From positions 1,957-65,956 of the forward strand of contig LCKG01000004.1 in assembly GCA_001001285.1 (NCBI GenBank): DNA of 64,000 nt, given 5' to 3'. Under the pieces are notes generated by a model. That model saw only the letters and a list, made by a program, of their open reading frames with translations, made no database searches and was not told the DNA's origin. The translations under genes were made by a program, and so were the position numbers. Within the stretch, counting starts at the first letter, position 1; each line of letters begins with the position of its first letter. Source of the DNA: Parcubacteria group bacterium GW2011_GWC1_45_13. GTDB taxonomy: Bacteria; Patescibacteriota; Minisyncoccia; UBA11713; 2-01-FULL-45-33. Positions 18,017 to 28,513 of the stretch are shown piece after piece.

Positions 18017-19776
18017 CGGTCTGGTGGAATTGTATAATAATTTATTAAAAAATCAACCACAGATCTGAAAGTGTCGGTTATGGATTGCGAAGCGTATTTC
18101 ACGCCTTGAGGCTTTTCTAAAAATATCAGAATTAAAAATTTTGGGTCATAGGCCGGGAAATAACCAAAAAAGGAGTGTAAAAACTGGTCGTCAGAATAGC
18201 CCCTGCCGCCGATGTTAACTACTTGCGCCGTTCCGGTTTTGGCTGCGATGCTCATCTGTGGTATCTTGGCCTTCCCGCCAGCCAAAGACATATCCACGAC
18301 GTCAACCAGCATTTTTGTAATGGTTTCGGAAGTTTGCGGTTTAATCACGTCGCGGATAATTTGCGGAGCGGTGCCATCTTTTATAAAAGGCTTCATTAAA
18401 TGTCCGCCATTGGCGAGAGCCGAAAGCGCCATGGCCAACTCCAGAGGCGTCACGGCCACGCCTTGACCGAAAGCTGCGGTCGCAAACTCAACTTCCCTGC
18501 CGGATTCCAAATTGCTAAGATTCCCTTTTAATTCGCCGGGCAAATCTATGCCGGTTTTGTCGGCTAAGCCGAATTTATGAAAATATTCTTTCAATTTTTC
18601 TCCGCCTACGCGCTGCATGGCAAATACCGCGCCGGTATTTAAAGATTCTTCCAAAACTTGCGTCATAGTGCGCGTTCCGTGCGCTTTGCCGTCAAAATTT
18701 TTAATAATACGGTCCCCGATTTTAATCTGGCCCATATCCACGTAAGTAGTGTATGGAGTAACAGCCCCTTGATCCAAGGCCGCGGACATTGTGAGAGGTT
18801 TGAAAACCGAGCCCAGTTCAAAAATTTTTTCCACATAGGGATTCAAAAAAACGCCCAGATTGTTTTCGGCCTGATATTTGTTAGGGTCAAAATCCGGAGA
18901 ACCGGCCAAGGCTTTTATAGCGCCGGTTTTTGGATCAATAATTAAAATTCCTCCGGCCGCGGCGCGCCACTTTTCCCTTAATTTTTTTAATTCTTCTTCC
19001 GCAGTGCGCTGGACCGTCGGTTCTATGGTTAAAACCAAATCCTGCCCTTCGGCCGGCTCGGCGCGCAAATCTTCGCCTAAAGCGATTAATATGCCCTTGG
19101 CGTCTTTGTCGCCCGAAACGCTTCCCTTGGCGCCCCTTAAAGAATCGTCGTAATATTTTTCCGCGCCGTATCTGCCGACAGGCTCCTCCTCCGCCGACAG
19201 CGACGACACAAATCCCAAAATTTGGCTGCCGGTATCGCCCATCGGATATGCTCGCCATCGTTCTTTGGCCAGCCCAACGCCAGGAAGATTTAAAACGGAG
19301 ATTTTATCGGCTTCTTCCTGATTCAAGCGATGCTTAAGAATTTCATAAGGATCATTTGTTTTATTCGCTATTTTATCGAATAAAACGCGGTCTATCGGCG
19401 TAATAGCGTTTAATTTATTAAATATGTTTTCCGGGTCTTTTAAAAGTTTGGTATTCAAATACAAAAGAGCTCCTATTTTTGTAGTAGCCGCTTTAACAAG
19501 TTCTCCGTTTTTATTTTTGTAGTAAATATCTCCGCGTTTCGGCTCCAAAATTTCGCTGAACCTTTGCTGTTTTTTAGCCAGGTCGCGATAAACCGGATAA
19601 CGGACGATTTGAATAAAAAAAAGACGGCCGGCTACGGCCGTACTGATTAAAACGATAATGGCAAGAGTGAGCCCCAGGCGGTTATTGCTAGTAAAAATTT
19701 TGTTTTTCCGCATCTTTAACAGCGACGTTGCCTGCGGTTCTGATAATCTCCAGATTTTTAGGCTCCTCATAGCCAT
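18013..19776 (-). CDS. ftsI: penicillin-binding protein (FtsI/PBP3-type transpeptidase)
   Basis: SXXK (GSVFKP), SXN and KTG (AAKTGTAQV) transpeptidase motifs. dcw context. Confidence 0.85.
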   Translation of the reverse strand: MAMRSLKIWRLSEPQATSLLKMRKNKIFTSNNRLGLTLAIIVLISTAVAGRLFFIQIVRYPVYRDLAKKQQRFSEILEPKRGDIYYKNKNGELVKAATTKIGALLYLNTKLLKDPENIFNKLNAITPIDRVLFDKIANKTNDPYEILKHRLNQEEADKISVLNLPGVGLAKERWRAYPMGDTGSQILGFVSSLSAEEEPVGRYGAEKYYDDSLRGAKGSVSGDKDAKGILIALGEDLRAEPAEGQDLVLTIEPTVQRTAEEELKKLREKWRAAAGGILIIDPKTGAIKALAGSPDFDPNKYQAENNLGVFLNPYVEKIFELGSVFKPLTMSAALDQGAVTPYTTYVDMGQIKIGDRIIKNFDGKAHGTRTMTQVLEESLNTGAVFAMQRVGGEKLKEYFHKFGLADKTGIDLPGELKGNLSNLESGREVEFATAAFGQGVAVTPLELAMALSALANGGHLMKPFIKDGTAPQIIRDVIKPQTSETITKMLVDVVDMSLAGGKAKIPQMSIAAKTGTAQVVNIGGRGYSDDQFLHSFFGYFPAYDPKFLILIFLEKPQGVKYASQSITDTFRSVVDFLINYYTIPPDR

Positions 19777-20068
19777 GTTCCTTAAAATATTCTACGCTCT
19801 TACCGTAGCTCTCGCTAATAAACATGCTTTCAGCCCCGGCACTTTCCAGAGTGCTTTTATTTAACGCCTCCGCCAGATCGCTTCGCTTGAGATTTTGAGT
19901 TACAATAGAGCCCGTTAAATAAACGTACAAAGCGACTAAGGCGATAAAGCTAAACGAAAGAGTTTTTAAAAGATTTTTTTTCTTTCGGAAATTCAAATCT
20001 TCCAACGCCCCACTGGCTTGGGAAATATAAGGTCTGACGTATGAAAATGTTAAATTAAGCACGCTCAT
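19688..20068 (-). CDS. FtsL-like cell-division membrane protein (putative)
   Basis: Small bitopic protein between rsmH and ftsI. Overlaps the annotated ftsI start by about 90 nt, so one of the two starts is probably mis-set. Confidence 0.35.
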   Translation of the reverse strand: MSVLNLTFSYVRPYISQASGALEDLNFRKKKNLLKTLSFSFIALVALYVYLTGSIVTQNLKRSDLAEALNKSTLESAGAESMFISESYGKSVEYFKEHGYEEPKNLEIIRTAGNVAVKDAEKQNFY

Positions 20069-20069
20069 A

Positions 20070-20954
20070 TTAAATTTTTTCTAAAACTCTTAATTTGGCC
20101 GACCTGGAACTAGGATTTTTAATAATTTCTTCCTGGGATGCGGTTTTTGGTTTTTTAGTCAGAATGATTGCCTTTTTTCCGACAACGGCGGAAAAAAAGT
20201 TTTTTACGATTCTGTCTTCCAGAGAATGATAGGAAATAATCGCCAGCCTCCCGCCGGCATCCAACGCGTCAAACGATTTAGGCAGAGCTTCTGTTAAAGC
20301 TTCCAACTCGTTGTTTACCGCTATCCGCAAAGCTTGGAATATCCGCGCCAGTATCTTCTCTCGGCCATCCGGCTTTTGCGCGCCCAGAGCATTGAGCAAA
20401 TCTTTTACTGAAATGATGCGCCTGCCTTGCCGGTAGGCAGGCTGTTTTTTTCTGAACTCCATGATTTTTTTGGCAAACAGCCTTGCTTTTGGTTCTTGTC
20501 CGAAATTTTTAAATATTTCTGCGAGCCTGTCTTCGGGATATCCATTTAATATTTCGGCAGCCGTGTTCGCGGATTTTTTATTTAAATTCATAAATAACGC
20601 CTCCTCCGGCTTTTGAAAAGAAAATCCTCTTCCGCTTTGTTCAAGATGCCACCGCGACATGCCGAGATCGAATAATACGGCTTTTATTTTGTTAAACCCA
20701 AGTTTTTTGATAATTTCATCAATATCTTTGAAATTTCCCCAAATAGCTGTAATATTTTTGTCTCCCTCCATCCGTTCAATCATGCTTTTATCCTGGTCTA
20801 TCCCCAGCACTTTGCCGCCTGGTTTTATAAGCTCCAGCATCATTCGCGCGTGCCCGCCGCCGTTCAAGGTGGCGTCCACCGCGTTATCCCCCGGCTTAAG
20901 ATTTAAAAGTACTTTCAATTCTTCAGTTAAAACCGGCGTGTGGATCTCTTGCAT
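20070..20954 (-). CDS. rsmH: 16S rRNA (cytosine1402-N4)-methyltransferase
   Basis: N-terminal HTPVL...DATLGGGGH signature (here VDATLNGGGHA). Follows mraZ. Confidence 0.9.
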   Translation of the reverse strand: MQEIHTPVLTEELKVLLNLKPGDNAVDATLNGGGHARMMLELIKPGGKVLGIDQDKSMIERMEGDKNITAIWGNFKDIDEIIKKLGFNKIKAVLFDLGMSRWHLEQSGRGFSFQKPEEALFMNLNKKSANTAAEILNGYPEDRLAEIFKNFGQEPKARLFAKKIMEFRKKQPAYRQGRRIISVKDLLNALGAQKPDGREKILARIFQALRIAVNNELEALTEALPKSFDALDAGGRLAIISYHSLEDRIVKNFFSAVVGKKAIILTKKPKTASQEEIIKNPSSRSAKLRVLEKI

Positions 20955-21388
20955 CAGTAAAGTCCCAGCTCTCCTAATTTTTCGGCAATCATTTCAATAT
21001 TATCTTTCGTGACTTCGCTGTAACGCGCCCAAAGTTCCGGATTCCAAATTTCTACACGATTGTAAAGCCCGACAATCTGCGCTGTGTCCGACAATCTCGC
21101 GTAAACTTTCAGATAATCCGGCAAAAGTATCCGCCCAAGCGAATCAACTTCTATGTCGGTTGCTCCGGCAATCATCGCGCGGATGAAACTGCGATGTTCG
21201 GCTTTGCCCCAAGGCAGTTTGGCTAGCTTTTCCGCAAGCTCTTTCCAATGGGCTAAAGGATAAAGAAAAAGGCATTTATCCAATCCGCGGGTAAGCACAA
21301 CGATCTTTCCCAAGTCTTTGCGAAATTTTGAAGGTACTGAAACACGGTTTTTCTGGTCTATAGTATGTAAATATTCGCCTATTAACAT
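20954..21388 (-). CDS. mraZ: transcriptional regulator MraZ
   Basis: Two DXXXR repeats (DQKNRVSVP, DSLGRILLP). The ORF track extends to 21475; the Met at 21388 gives the canonical 144 aa. Confidence 0.8.
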   Translation of the reverse strand: MLIGEYLHTIDQKNRVSVPSKFRKDLGKIVVLTRGLDKCLFLYPLAHWKELAEKLAKLPWGKAEHRSFIRAMIAGATDIEVDSLGRILLPDYLKVYARLSDTAQIVGLYNRVEIWNPELWARYSEVTKDNIEMIAEKLGELGLY

Positions 21389-21552
21389 ATATTTAAAGTT
21401 ATCCACACTATCCACAGGTTTATCCACATTTTCCCACTTCATATACATTGTAATCCACAGGCCGCTCGCGCGCAAATAAAAACGTCCCGCCGATGGCTGG
21501 ACAAAATAAAGCTAAATCAGCTTATTTACTCACAGCTTATTCACATTTATTT

Positions 21553-23025
21553 TTATTTCGGCTTCATTGTGGGGAAAAGGATGACTTCTTTGATGTTGTC
21601 CGTATCGGTGAAAAGCATGACCAATCTGTCCAGGCCTATTCCTAATCCGGCCGCCAGAGGCATGCCGTACTCCAAAGCCTCAATAAACTCTTCGTCCAAA
21701 GGTTGTGCTTCGATATCTCCTTCCGCGCCAACCATTGCTTCTTTTTTGAGCCTCTCCTGCTGGTCTAGTGGGTCGTTTAATTCGTTAAAAGCTTTCACTA
21801 TTTCAATTCCTCCGGCGACAACCTGAAAAGACAAAACCGCTTCCGGATTTTTAGGCGAGCGCTTTGCCAAAGGAAGAATGCTTGCCGGATAATCGGTAAC
21901 AAATGTCGGTTGGATAAATTTCGGCCGGCAAACTTTGGCGAATATTTTCTCCGCTATTTTATCTTTGGATTCGTGGCTCTCCAGATTAACTCCGAAGCGC
22001 ATGGCGATGGTCACCAGATCTCCCCGCGATTTTTTACGGTATTCGGTGATTAAAGCGTGTCGTTCTAAAGCCTCAATAAAAGTTATTTTTTTAAACGGAG
22101 CCTTGAAAGAAATTTTTTGTCCGCCGAAGGTGATGCTTTTATCCTTGGCGACTAAAGCGGCTAGGTCGCCGAGAAGTTTTTCAATAAATTTCATTAAATT
22201 TTCGTGGTCGGAGTAGGTAATGTAAAGTTCCGCGGTGGTAAATTCCGGATTATGGGTCGCGTCTATGCCTTCGTTTCTAAAAACGCGGCCGATTTCATAA
22301 ACTTTATTGAACCCGCCGATCAGTAGATATTTCAGATGAATTTCCGTGGCTATTCTCAACCAAAGATCAATATCCAAAGCGTTGTGGTGTGTTTTGAATG
22401 GGCGCGCTGACGCGCCGCCCGCCATGGTTTGAAGCACCGGAGTTTCAACTTCCATAAACCCATCTTTATTTAAAAGCGCGCGCAATTTATAAATAAGCCG
22501 GCTTCGGAATAAAAACCTGTCTTTGATGTTGCTATTCATCAATAAATCCAAATAACGTTTGCGGAAGCGCTCTTCCACATCCTGAAGGCCATGCCATTTT
22601 TCAGGCAAAGGCAAAAGAGATTTTGCAAGCATTTCCCATCGCGCGACTTCCAGCGTCTGTTCATTTCGCTTGGTAAAAAACAGTCTTCCTTGAACCGCGA
22701 TAAAATCCCCTATGTCGCTTGTTTCCGAAAATAATTTGTAAGCACTCTTGCCAACCTTGTTCTCTCCAAAAAAAACTTGAAGCTTCTCGGTTCCGTCAAA
22801 AATATCCAAAAATACCGAACCGCCATGCTCCCTTTTGGCTAAAATCCTGCCAGCAACGCCGAGCGTTTTTTTAGATCCGGTATATTTTTTAAAATTCTTT
22901 TTTATATCCTCTGCCGCTAAAACTACAAAGGAAATTTTGCTGGGATAAGGAGCTATCCCTGCTTTTTGCAGTATCTCTAATTTCTTTATGCGGTGGCGCC
23001 TAATTTCTTCTCCAGATGAAGCCAT
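21553..23025 (-). CDS. lysS: lysyl-tRNA synthetase (class II)
   Basis: OB-fold N-terminus and class II motifs (GRVFRNEGIDATHNPEFTTAELY). Confidence 0.9.
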   Translation of the reverse strand: MASSGEEIRRHRIKKLEILQKAGIAPYPSKISFVVLAAEDIKKNFKKYTGSKKTLGVAGRILAKREHGGSVFLDIFDGTEKLQVFFGENKVGKSAYKLFSETSDIGDFIAVQGRLFFTKRNEQTLEVARWEMLAKSLLPLPEKWHGLQDVEERFRKRYLDLLMNSNIKDRFLFRSRLIYKLRALLNKDGFMEVETPVLQTMAGGASARPFKTHHNALDIDLWLRIATEIHLKYLLIGGFNKVYEIGRVFRNEGIDATHNPEFTTAELYITYSDHENLMKFIEKLLGDLAALVAKDKSITFGGQKISFKAPFKKITFIEALERHALITEYRKKSRGDLVTIAMRFGVNLESHESKDKIAEKIFAKVCRPKFIQPTFVTDYPASILPLAKRSPKNPEAVLSFQVVAGGIEIVKAFNELNDPLDQQERLKKEAMVGAEGDIEAQPLDEEFIEALEYGMPLAAGLGIGLDRLVMLFTDTDNIKEVILFPTMKPK

Positions 23026-23030
23026 TATTT

Positions 23031-23501
23031 TTATATTATATCAATGATTTTATATTCAAGTACGCCCTTGGGAGTGTGAACGGAAACGGCGTCAAATTTT
23101 TTGTGATTTAAGAGAGCCTTGCCCAAAGGAGACTCGTTTGAAATTTTGTTTTCCGCGGGAGACGCTTCGTTCGCGCCGACAATAGTGAAATTCAATCTCT
23201 TCCCCAGAGCATCCTCCACCGTCACCTGCGAACCGATGTCCACTTGGCCGAGGGACGCGGAATGCTCCACCACAACCGCCCGGCGGAGCATATCTTCCAA
23301 TTCTGCTATTTTAGCTTCATTTAATATTTGAGATTCTTTAGCTTCCTGATATTCAGAGTTTTCCGAAAGATCTCCTAAGCTTTTGGCGTACTCTAAACGA
23401 TTGGCAATTTCCTTGCGCTTTTTGGTTTTAAGGCTTTCAAGCTCACTTTTAAGCTTGGTTAGCCCGACTTTTGAAAAATATGTTGAATCTAATTCAGCCA
23501 T
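23031..23501 (-). CDS. greA: transcription elongation factor GreA
   Basis: Coiled-coil N-terminus plus FKBP-like C-terminus; typical 156 aa. Confidence 0.85.
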   Translation of the reverse strand: MAELDSTYFSKVGLTKLKSELESLKTKKRKEIANRLEYAKSLGDLSENSEYQEAKESQILNEAKIAELEDMLRRAVVVEHSASLGQVDIGSQVTVEDALGKRLNFTIVGANEASPAENKISNESPLGKALLNHKKFDAVSVHTPKGVLEYKIIDII

Positions 23502-23513
23502 AATTTAATTTAT

Positions 23514-25193
23514 CTATTTGGGGAGTATATCATTATCCAGCTTAGAAAGAAAACCGGTATCCGCGATCCAGCGAATAACCTGGGTGGCGACGTAAGTGGC
23601 GCCCACGGTGTTCTGCCTCGGGCCGCTTTCCATTAAAACAGCGAAAGCCACCCGCGGATTTTCATAGGGGAAAAACCCGATTGACCAAGAATGCACCGTG
23701 TTTGTTCCGCCGACTTCTGCCGTTCCGGTTTTAGCGGCTATTTCAATTGGCAGATTAAACAACCCCTGGGCTGTGCCGAATTTAACGGAATCTCGCATGC
23801 CTTCTTTAATTATTTTAAAAATGTCCGGCGATATCGGCAAAACGCGCTTGGGAGGATAAGAAAAAATCTGCAGAGGTTTTTTATCCCTATCAACTACGGC
23901 ACGAACCAAGTGAGGATACCGCAAAACGCCGTCGGAAGCGATTGCGGCCGCGTAAGAAACTATCTCAATCGGTGTGACCGTTACGTCGCCTTGGCCGATG
24001 GCCATATGATAGGTATCACCTATGGTCCAATTGCGGCCGCCTTGTTTTTCCGAAGGGTCCGGCAAATGCCCCGATTGTTCTCCCGGAAGATCAATCCCGC
24101 TTTTGTCTCCAAGTCCAAACATGGAAAAATATTTTTTAATGTTCCACGGCCCCAGACCTTTTTGATCTTGATACCCCCCGCCAACTTCATAAAAATAAAC
24201 ATCGCTGGAAACCGCCAAAGCTTGCCTTATATCCACCCAGCCATGTGCCTTCCAATCTAAAAAAACATTTGGATGCGCGAGGTCATAGGGATTGGGCAAG
24301 CTAATTGAGCCGGTGCTCAATATTTTTTTATCAGGTGTAATGATATTTTCCAAAAGAGCGCCTGCGGCCAAAGCCGGCTTCACTATAGACCCAGGCGCGT
24401 AAAGGCCAGCGATAGCTCTGTTCAAAAAAGGCTTGCCTTCGTTGTGGATTAACTTATTGATTTCTTCCGAAGTGTTTTTTTTGGAAAGTAAATTCGGATC
24501 GAATTCCGGCGCGCTGACCAAAGCCAGAATTTCTCCGCTTTTTATATCCATAAAAACACCAGCGCCTCCTGTGAATCCTCTTTCTTCTTTGGTGTCATTG
24601 ATAGCCTCGGCAAGTTTTATATTAAGGCCCATGGAAATACCTGTTAAAATATTTTTGCCTTCTTGACCTTTTTCTAAAATGCCCTGTTCAATAACGTTTC
24701 CTTTGGCATCAACTTCTTCTATATTTTTATCGGGAGCGCCACGTAATATATCGTCGTAAGTAGCTTCCAAACCGCTGGCTCCTCTAGGCGCGTCGCCTTC
24801 TTTTTCCGGTGCCGTTAAAAATCCCGAAACGTGCAAAAATCCGACAGGAGGATATTTTCTTAAATTTTCCGCTTCAACCATGTCGTTATAAGCCAGCAGA
24901 TTGCCGTCTTTATCGTAAATAATACCGCGCTGGGTTTCTAAGTTTACAACTCTTAAATAATTTTTTTCGGAGCGTTCTTTTAATTCTCCCCCTTTCGCCA
25001 GTTGGAGATAGCCCACGCGCAAACCAAAAACAGTAAGCGCTAAAATCAAAAAAACGCCCAGAAACCAAAAAATCTTGTTTTGTATAGGATTTTCCAGCAT
25101 ACCTTCCATACTTTCCTGGTGGAATCCCGGGGCGTTTTTTTGGTCCGGAAATATCTCGTCAACTTCTATCTCTTTGTTATTTTTTCTCCGCAT
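23514..25193 (-). CDS. mrdA: penicillin-binding protein 2 (elongasome transpeptidase)
   Basis: SXXK (GSIVKP), SXN-type (SSD) and KTG (AAKTGTAEV) motifs. Adjacent to mreBCD. Confidence 0.85.
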   Translation of the reverse strand: MRRKNNKEIEVDEIFPDQKNAPGFHQESMEGMLENPIQNKIFWFLGVFLILALTVFGLRVGYLQLAKGGELKERSEKNYLRVVNLETQRGIIYDKDGNLLAYNDMVEAENLRKYPPVGFLHVSGFLTAPEKEGDAPRGASGLEATYDDILRGAPDKNIEEVDAKGNVIEQGILEKGQEGKNILTGISMGLNIKLAEAINDTKEERGFTGGAGVFMDIKSGEILALVSAPEFDPNLLSKKNTSEEINKLIHNEGKPFLNRAIAGLYAPGSIVKPALAAGALLENIITPDKKILSTGSISLPNPYDLAHPNVFLDWKAHGWVDIRQALAVSSDVYFYEVGGGYQDQKGLGPWNIKKYFSMFGLGDKSGIDLPGEQSGHLPDPSEKQGGRNWTIGDTYHMAIGQGDVTVTPIEIVSYAAAIASDGVLRYPHLVRAVVDRDKKPLQIFSYPPKRVLPISPDIFKIIKEGMRDSVKFGTAQGLFNLPIEIAAKTGTAEVGGTNTVHSWSIGFFPYENPRVAFAVLMESGPRQNTVGATYVATQVIRWIADTGFLSKLDNDILPK

Positions 25194-25488
25194 AGCTGAA
25201 GATGTAAAGCAAAATTAAAAGTAAAAAAACGTACATGAAAATATGCGAAGTAAATTTTAATGAAGGCGTTTCCCAACCGTTTGTGGCGAACGCCCAGAAT
25301 ATCATTAAAAACAATCCGGAAACAAAAGCCAAAACGGCATTAACAGCTTTGAGCATAAAAAGGAATTTAAAATACAAAAATGCCGCCACCATCGCCGGCA
25401 ATAAATAAAAACCTGGAGCCTCCGCCCCGAGACTTTCGAATATCAGGCCATAAAAAAAACCGGCTATCAAAACTTTTTGCTTAATCAT
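25177..25488 (-). CDS. mreD: rod-shape protein MreD-like membrane protein
   Basis: Small polytopic membrane protein between mreC and mrdA. Confidence 0.5.
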   Translation of the reverse strand: MIKQKVLIAGFFYGLIFESLGAEAPGFYLLPAMVAAFLYFKFLFMLKAVNAVLAFVSGLFLMIFWAFATNGWETPSLKFTSHIFMYVFLLLILLYIFSYAEKK

Positions 25489-26191
25489 TTTTTGAAATTA
25501 TATCCACTTCGTCAAGCAAAACTGGCGATACCGGAGAAATTACGCTGATTTCTTTAAATGGTTCGTCGAACTCAGAAGAAATTCTATCAACTACTCCCGC
25601 GATATATTCGGGGTTCTCGGCTGAACGGAAAATATCCCCTATTTTTAAATTCGTCTCCGCAGGCATCTCCATTTGAAACTCTCCACCGCCGCGGCCCGTA
25701 GCCTCCATGGGAACGAATTGAATATTTTCTAAAGCATCTTGGCGCAACGTAATTTTATCTCCAACGTGCCCCAAAAGAGCCGCCTTGCTCCAGTCTGCGC
25801 CGACCTCCGTGATCCGCCCGATGAGAATTTTATTTTGATAAGTAACCAGATCGCCAATTTTTATTCCTGCGTTCTCGCCTTGATTTATAAAAAGAATGTC
25901 AGAAAAAAGATAACCTCCTCCGAAAACGATATTAGCCGGTATCAGTCTATTTTTGCCGTTTACTCCCAGAGCTTTTTTTAGTTTAAGATTTTCTCTTTCA
26001 AGATCCCTGATTTTAATAAGCAACGCCAAAGCTTGGTTACTGGCCTGCCGGGATTCGCGTTCGGGGACCAAAAAAAGTGAAGCTTTGATAATTAAATTTT
26101 TGATGAAGCCTCGGCTACCGCCAAAAAAAACCAGCACTAGAAGCACCGCCCAAAAAACCTTACTTTGGAGGGAGATCATAATCATCTTCAA
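25481..26191 (-). CDS. mreC: rod-shape protein MreC
   Basis: N-terminal TM helix, coiled coil, beta-rich C-terminus. Follows mreB. Confidence 0.65.
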   Translation of the reverse strand: MKMIMISLQSKVFWAVLLVLVFFGGSRGFIKNLIIKASLFLVPERESRQASNQALALLIKIRDLERENLKLKKALGVNGKNRLIPANIVFGGGYLFSDILFINQGENAGIKIGDLVTYQNKILIGRITEVGADWSKAALLGHVGDKITLRQDALENIQFVPMEATGRGGGEFQMEMPAETNLKIGDIFRSAENPEYIAGVVDRISSEFDEPFKEISVISPVSPVLLDEVDIISKND

Positions 26192-27212
26192 TAAAAACTT
26201 CGCGAAAACTGTCTATATCCTCCAGAATTATTCCGGTTCCCCGCACCACAGCCGTCAAAGGATCTTCCGCCAAATAAACCGGCATTTTTGTTTCGCGCTC
26301 CAAGAGCTTGTCCAAACCCCGAATCAAGCTCCCTCCGCCCACCAATAATATTCCGCGATGCATGATATCAGCCACCAGCTCCGGCGGAGTATCTTCTATG
26401 GTGCCCTTTACTCCGTCCGCGATTAAGCGGATAGATTTGGCTAAAGCAGCCCGCACATCGCTGTCCGTTACCAAGACTTCCCTCGGCAGTCCAGTTACCA
26501 AATCCCTTCCGCGCAAGGTTCCCTCAAAAATTTCGTTCGTTTTCCAAACCGACCCGATTGAAATTTTTATATCTTCTGCGGTGCGCTCGCCTATCAAAAG
26601 TTTAAATTCGTCTCTGGCGTAATTGGCAATGTCCTCGTTGAATTTGTCGCCAGCAACCCGTAAATTGCGGGACGCAACGATGCCGCCTAAAGAAATCACA
26701 GCAATATCCGTCGTTCCGCCGCCTGCGTCTATCACCATACTCCCTACCGCTTCCTGAATCGGGAGCCTCACGCCGATAGCCGCGGCCATCGGCTCCTCCA
26801 CCAAATAAACCTCTCTGGCTCCGGCGTTGTGAGCCGCATCCCGCACGGCTCGACGCTCAACTTCCGTGATGCTGGAGGGAATGCCAATCACCACGCGCGG
26901 GCGAGCGAAAAGCTGGGCGGAAGAGCTATGCACTTTTTTTATGAAATAATTGAGCATCTCCGCCGTAACCTCAAAATCCGAGATCACTCCCTCAACCAAG
27001 GGGCGCAAAGCAATAATATGACCTGGCGTCCGCCCCAGCATTTTTTTGGCATCATGGCCAATGGCCACCACCTGCCCGGTTTTTTGATTAATGGCCACTA
27101 CCGAAGGCTCATTGATTAAAATGCCCTCGCCGCGCACGTAAACAAGTGTATTGGCGGTGCCCAAATCAATCCCCAGATCTTTTGAAAAGATGCCAAAAAT
27201 TTTATTTATCAT
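26160..27212 (-). CDS. mreB: rod-shape actin homolog MreB
   Basis: LGIDLGTANTLVYV phosphate-1 motif and MreB-length actin fold. Confidence 0.9.
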   Translation of the reverse strand: MINKIFGIFSKDLGIDLGTANTLVYVRGEGILINEPSVVAINQKTGQVVAIGHDAKKMLGRTPGHIIALRPLVEGVISDFEVTAEMLNYFIKKVHSSSAQLFARPRVVIGIPSSITEVERRAVRDAAHNAGAREVYLVEEPMAAAIGVRLPIQEAVGSMVIDAGGGTTDIAVISLGGIVASRNLRVAGDKFNEDIANYARDEFKLLIGERTAEDIKISIGSVWKTNEIFEGTLRGRDLVTGLPREVLVTDSDVRAALAKSIRLIADGVKGTIEDTPPELVADIMHRGILLVGGGSLIRGLDKLLERETKMPVYLAEDPLTAVVRGTGIILEDIDSFREVFIEDDYDLPPK

Positions 27213-28449
27213 ATTTTTCTAAAAATGTTTTTATGGTTTCCAGCCGAATCGTTTCGGAATTTCTTTCCTTTAGTTCCACACTGTCTTTTTCCAAAGTCTT
27301 CTCGCTCACGACCATCCTTAGTGGAATCCCCAAAAGATCGGCGTCGGCAAACTTTTCTCCGGCCATCTTTTCTGCGCGATCATCGTATAACACTTCCCTG
27401 CTTCTTGCAGTAAGGTCGACATAAAGTTTTTCACCGGCTTTTTTTACTTTGGGAGATTCGCCGACCGCTATTAAATGAATAGTAAAAGGCGCAACCCCCT
27501 TCGGCCAAATAAGCCCTTTTTCATCGCTCATAACTTCGGCAATGATTCCCATAACTCGGGATGTTCCCAAACCATAACATCCTGCTGAAACCAGTTTCTC
27601 TTTTCCGGCTTCATCTTTAAAATTTAGATTAAAATCATTAGCGTATTTTTCTTTCAACGGGAAAATATTCCCCGCCTCTATAGCTTTGATTTCTTTAGTA
27701 ATCCCGCTGCAATTTGAGCATTTGTCGGATTTGGCGTCTGCCTTGCTTGCTACTTCCTTATTTACCGCCAAATCGCATTTTTCGCAAAGAAAAATAATGT
27801 CCTCGCCGGCATCGGAAACAACTTGAAATTCCATAGAAAGTTCCGAAAAAGTTCCGCCGGAAGCGATAGTGGGGATGACGTTTAAACCTAATTTTTTAAA
27901 TACAGTGATATAGGTTTCTTTCATCACTTCATAATATTTATCGCGGTCTTTATCATTCGCATGGAAACTATAAAGGTCTTTCATACGGAATTCTCGCGCG
28001 CGAAGAAGTCCGGCCTTGGGTCTTTTTTCGTCCCTAAATTTTGTTTGAATTTGATAAATATAAACCGGCAGGTCGCGGTATGAACTGATGTGTTTTTTAA
28101 GAAGCGCGTAAAGAATTTCTTCGTGGGTCGGGCCCAAGGCGTATTCCCCACCGAAGTTGCTTTTAGTTTTAAAAAGCGCGTCAAACGCTTGCCATCTGCC
28201 GGTAATCTCCCAATTTTCTTTAGGATGAAGGCTAGGCATTAAAATTTCAACACCGCCAGCGCCGTTCATCTCTTCTCGGACAATGTTTTCTATCTTATTT
28301 AAAACCCGGAGGCCCAAAGGCAAAAAAGTGTAAACTCCGGCCGAGAGCTTCTGAATAAAACCTGCCTGCTCCAAAAGTTTGGCGTTTTTTGACTCTTCGT
28401 CTTTGGGCGGGGTTCGTTGGGTTTTGGCGAATAATTCCGAAAGCCGCAT
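27202..28449 (-). CDS. proS: prolyl-tRNA synthetase (short form lacking the INS editing domain)
   Basis: N-terminus MRLSELFAKTQRTPPKD...AGFIQKLSAGVYTFLPLG is canonical ProRS. 415 aa. Carries a Cys cluster CEKCD...CSNCSG. Confidence 0.85.
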   Translation of the reverse strand: MRLSELFAKTQRTPPKDEESKNAKLLEQAGFIQKLSAGVYTFLPLGLRVLNKIENIVREEMNGAGGVEILMPSLHPKENWEITGRWQAFDALFKTKSNFGGEYALGPTHEEILYALLKKHISSYRDLPVYIYQIQTKFRDEKRPKAGLLRAREFRMKDLYSFHANDKDRDKYYEVMKETYITVFKKLGLNVIPTIASGGTFSELSMEFQVVSDAGEDIIFLCEKCDLAVNKEVASKADAKSDKCSNCSGITKEIKAIEAGNIFPLKEKYANDFNLNFKDEAGKEKLVSAGCYGLGTSRVMGIIAEVMSDEKGLIWPKGVAPFTIHLIAVGESPKVKKAGEKLYVDLTARSREVLYDDRAEKMAGEKFADADLLGIPLRMVVSEKTLEKDSVELKERNSETIRLETIKTFLEKYDK

Positions 28450-28513
28450 AGGAATATGTTAACTTAATTAACGCAAAAAGAAAACCCGTCTTTAGGCGAC
28501 GGGCTCAAAGGAA

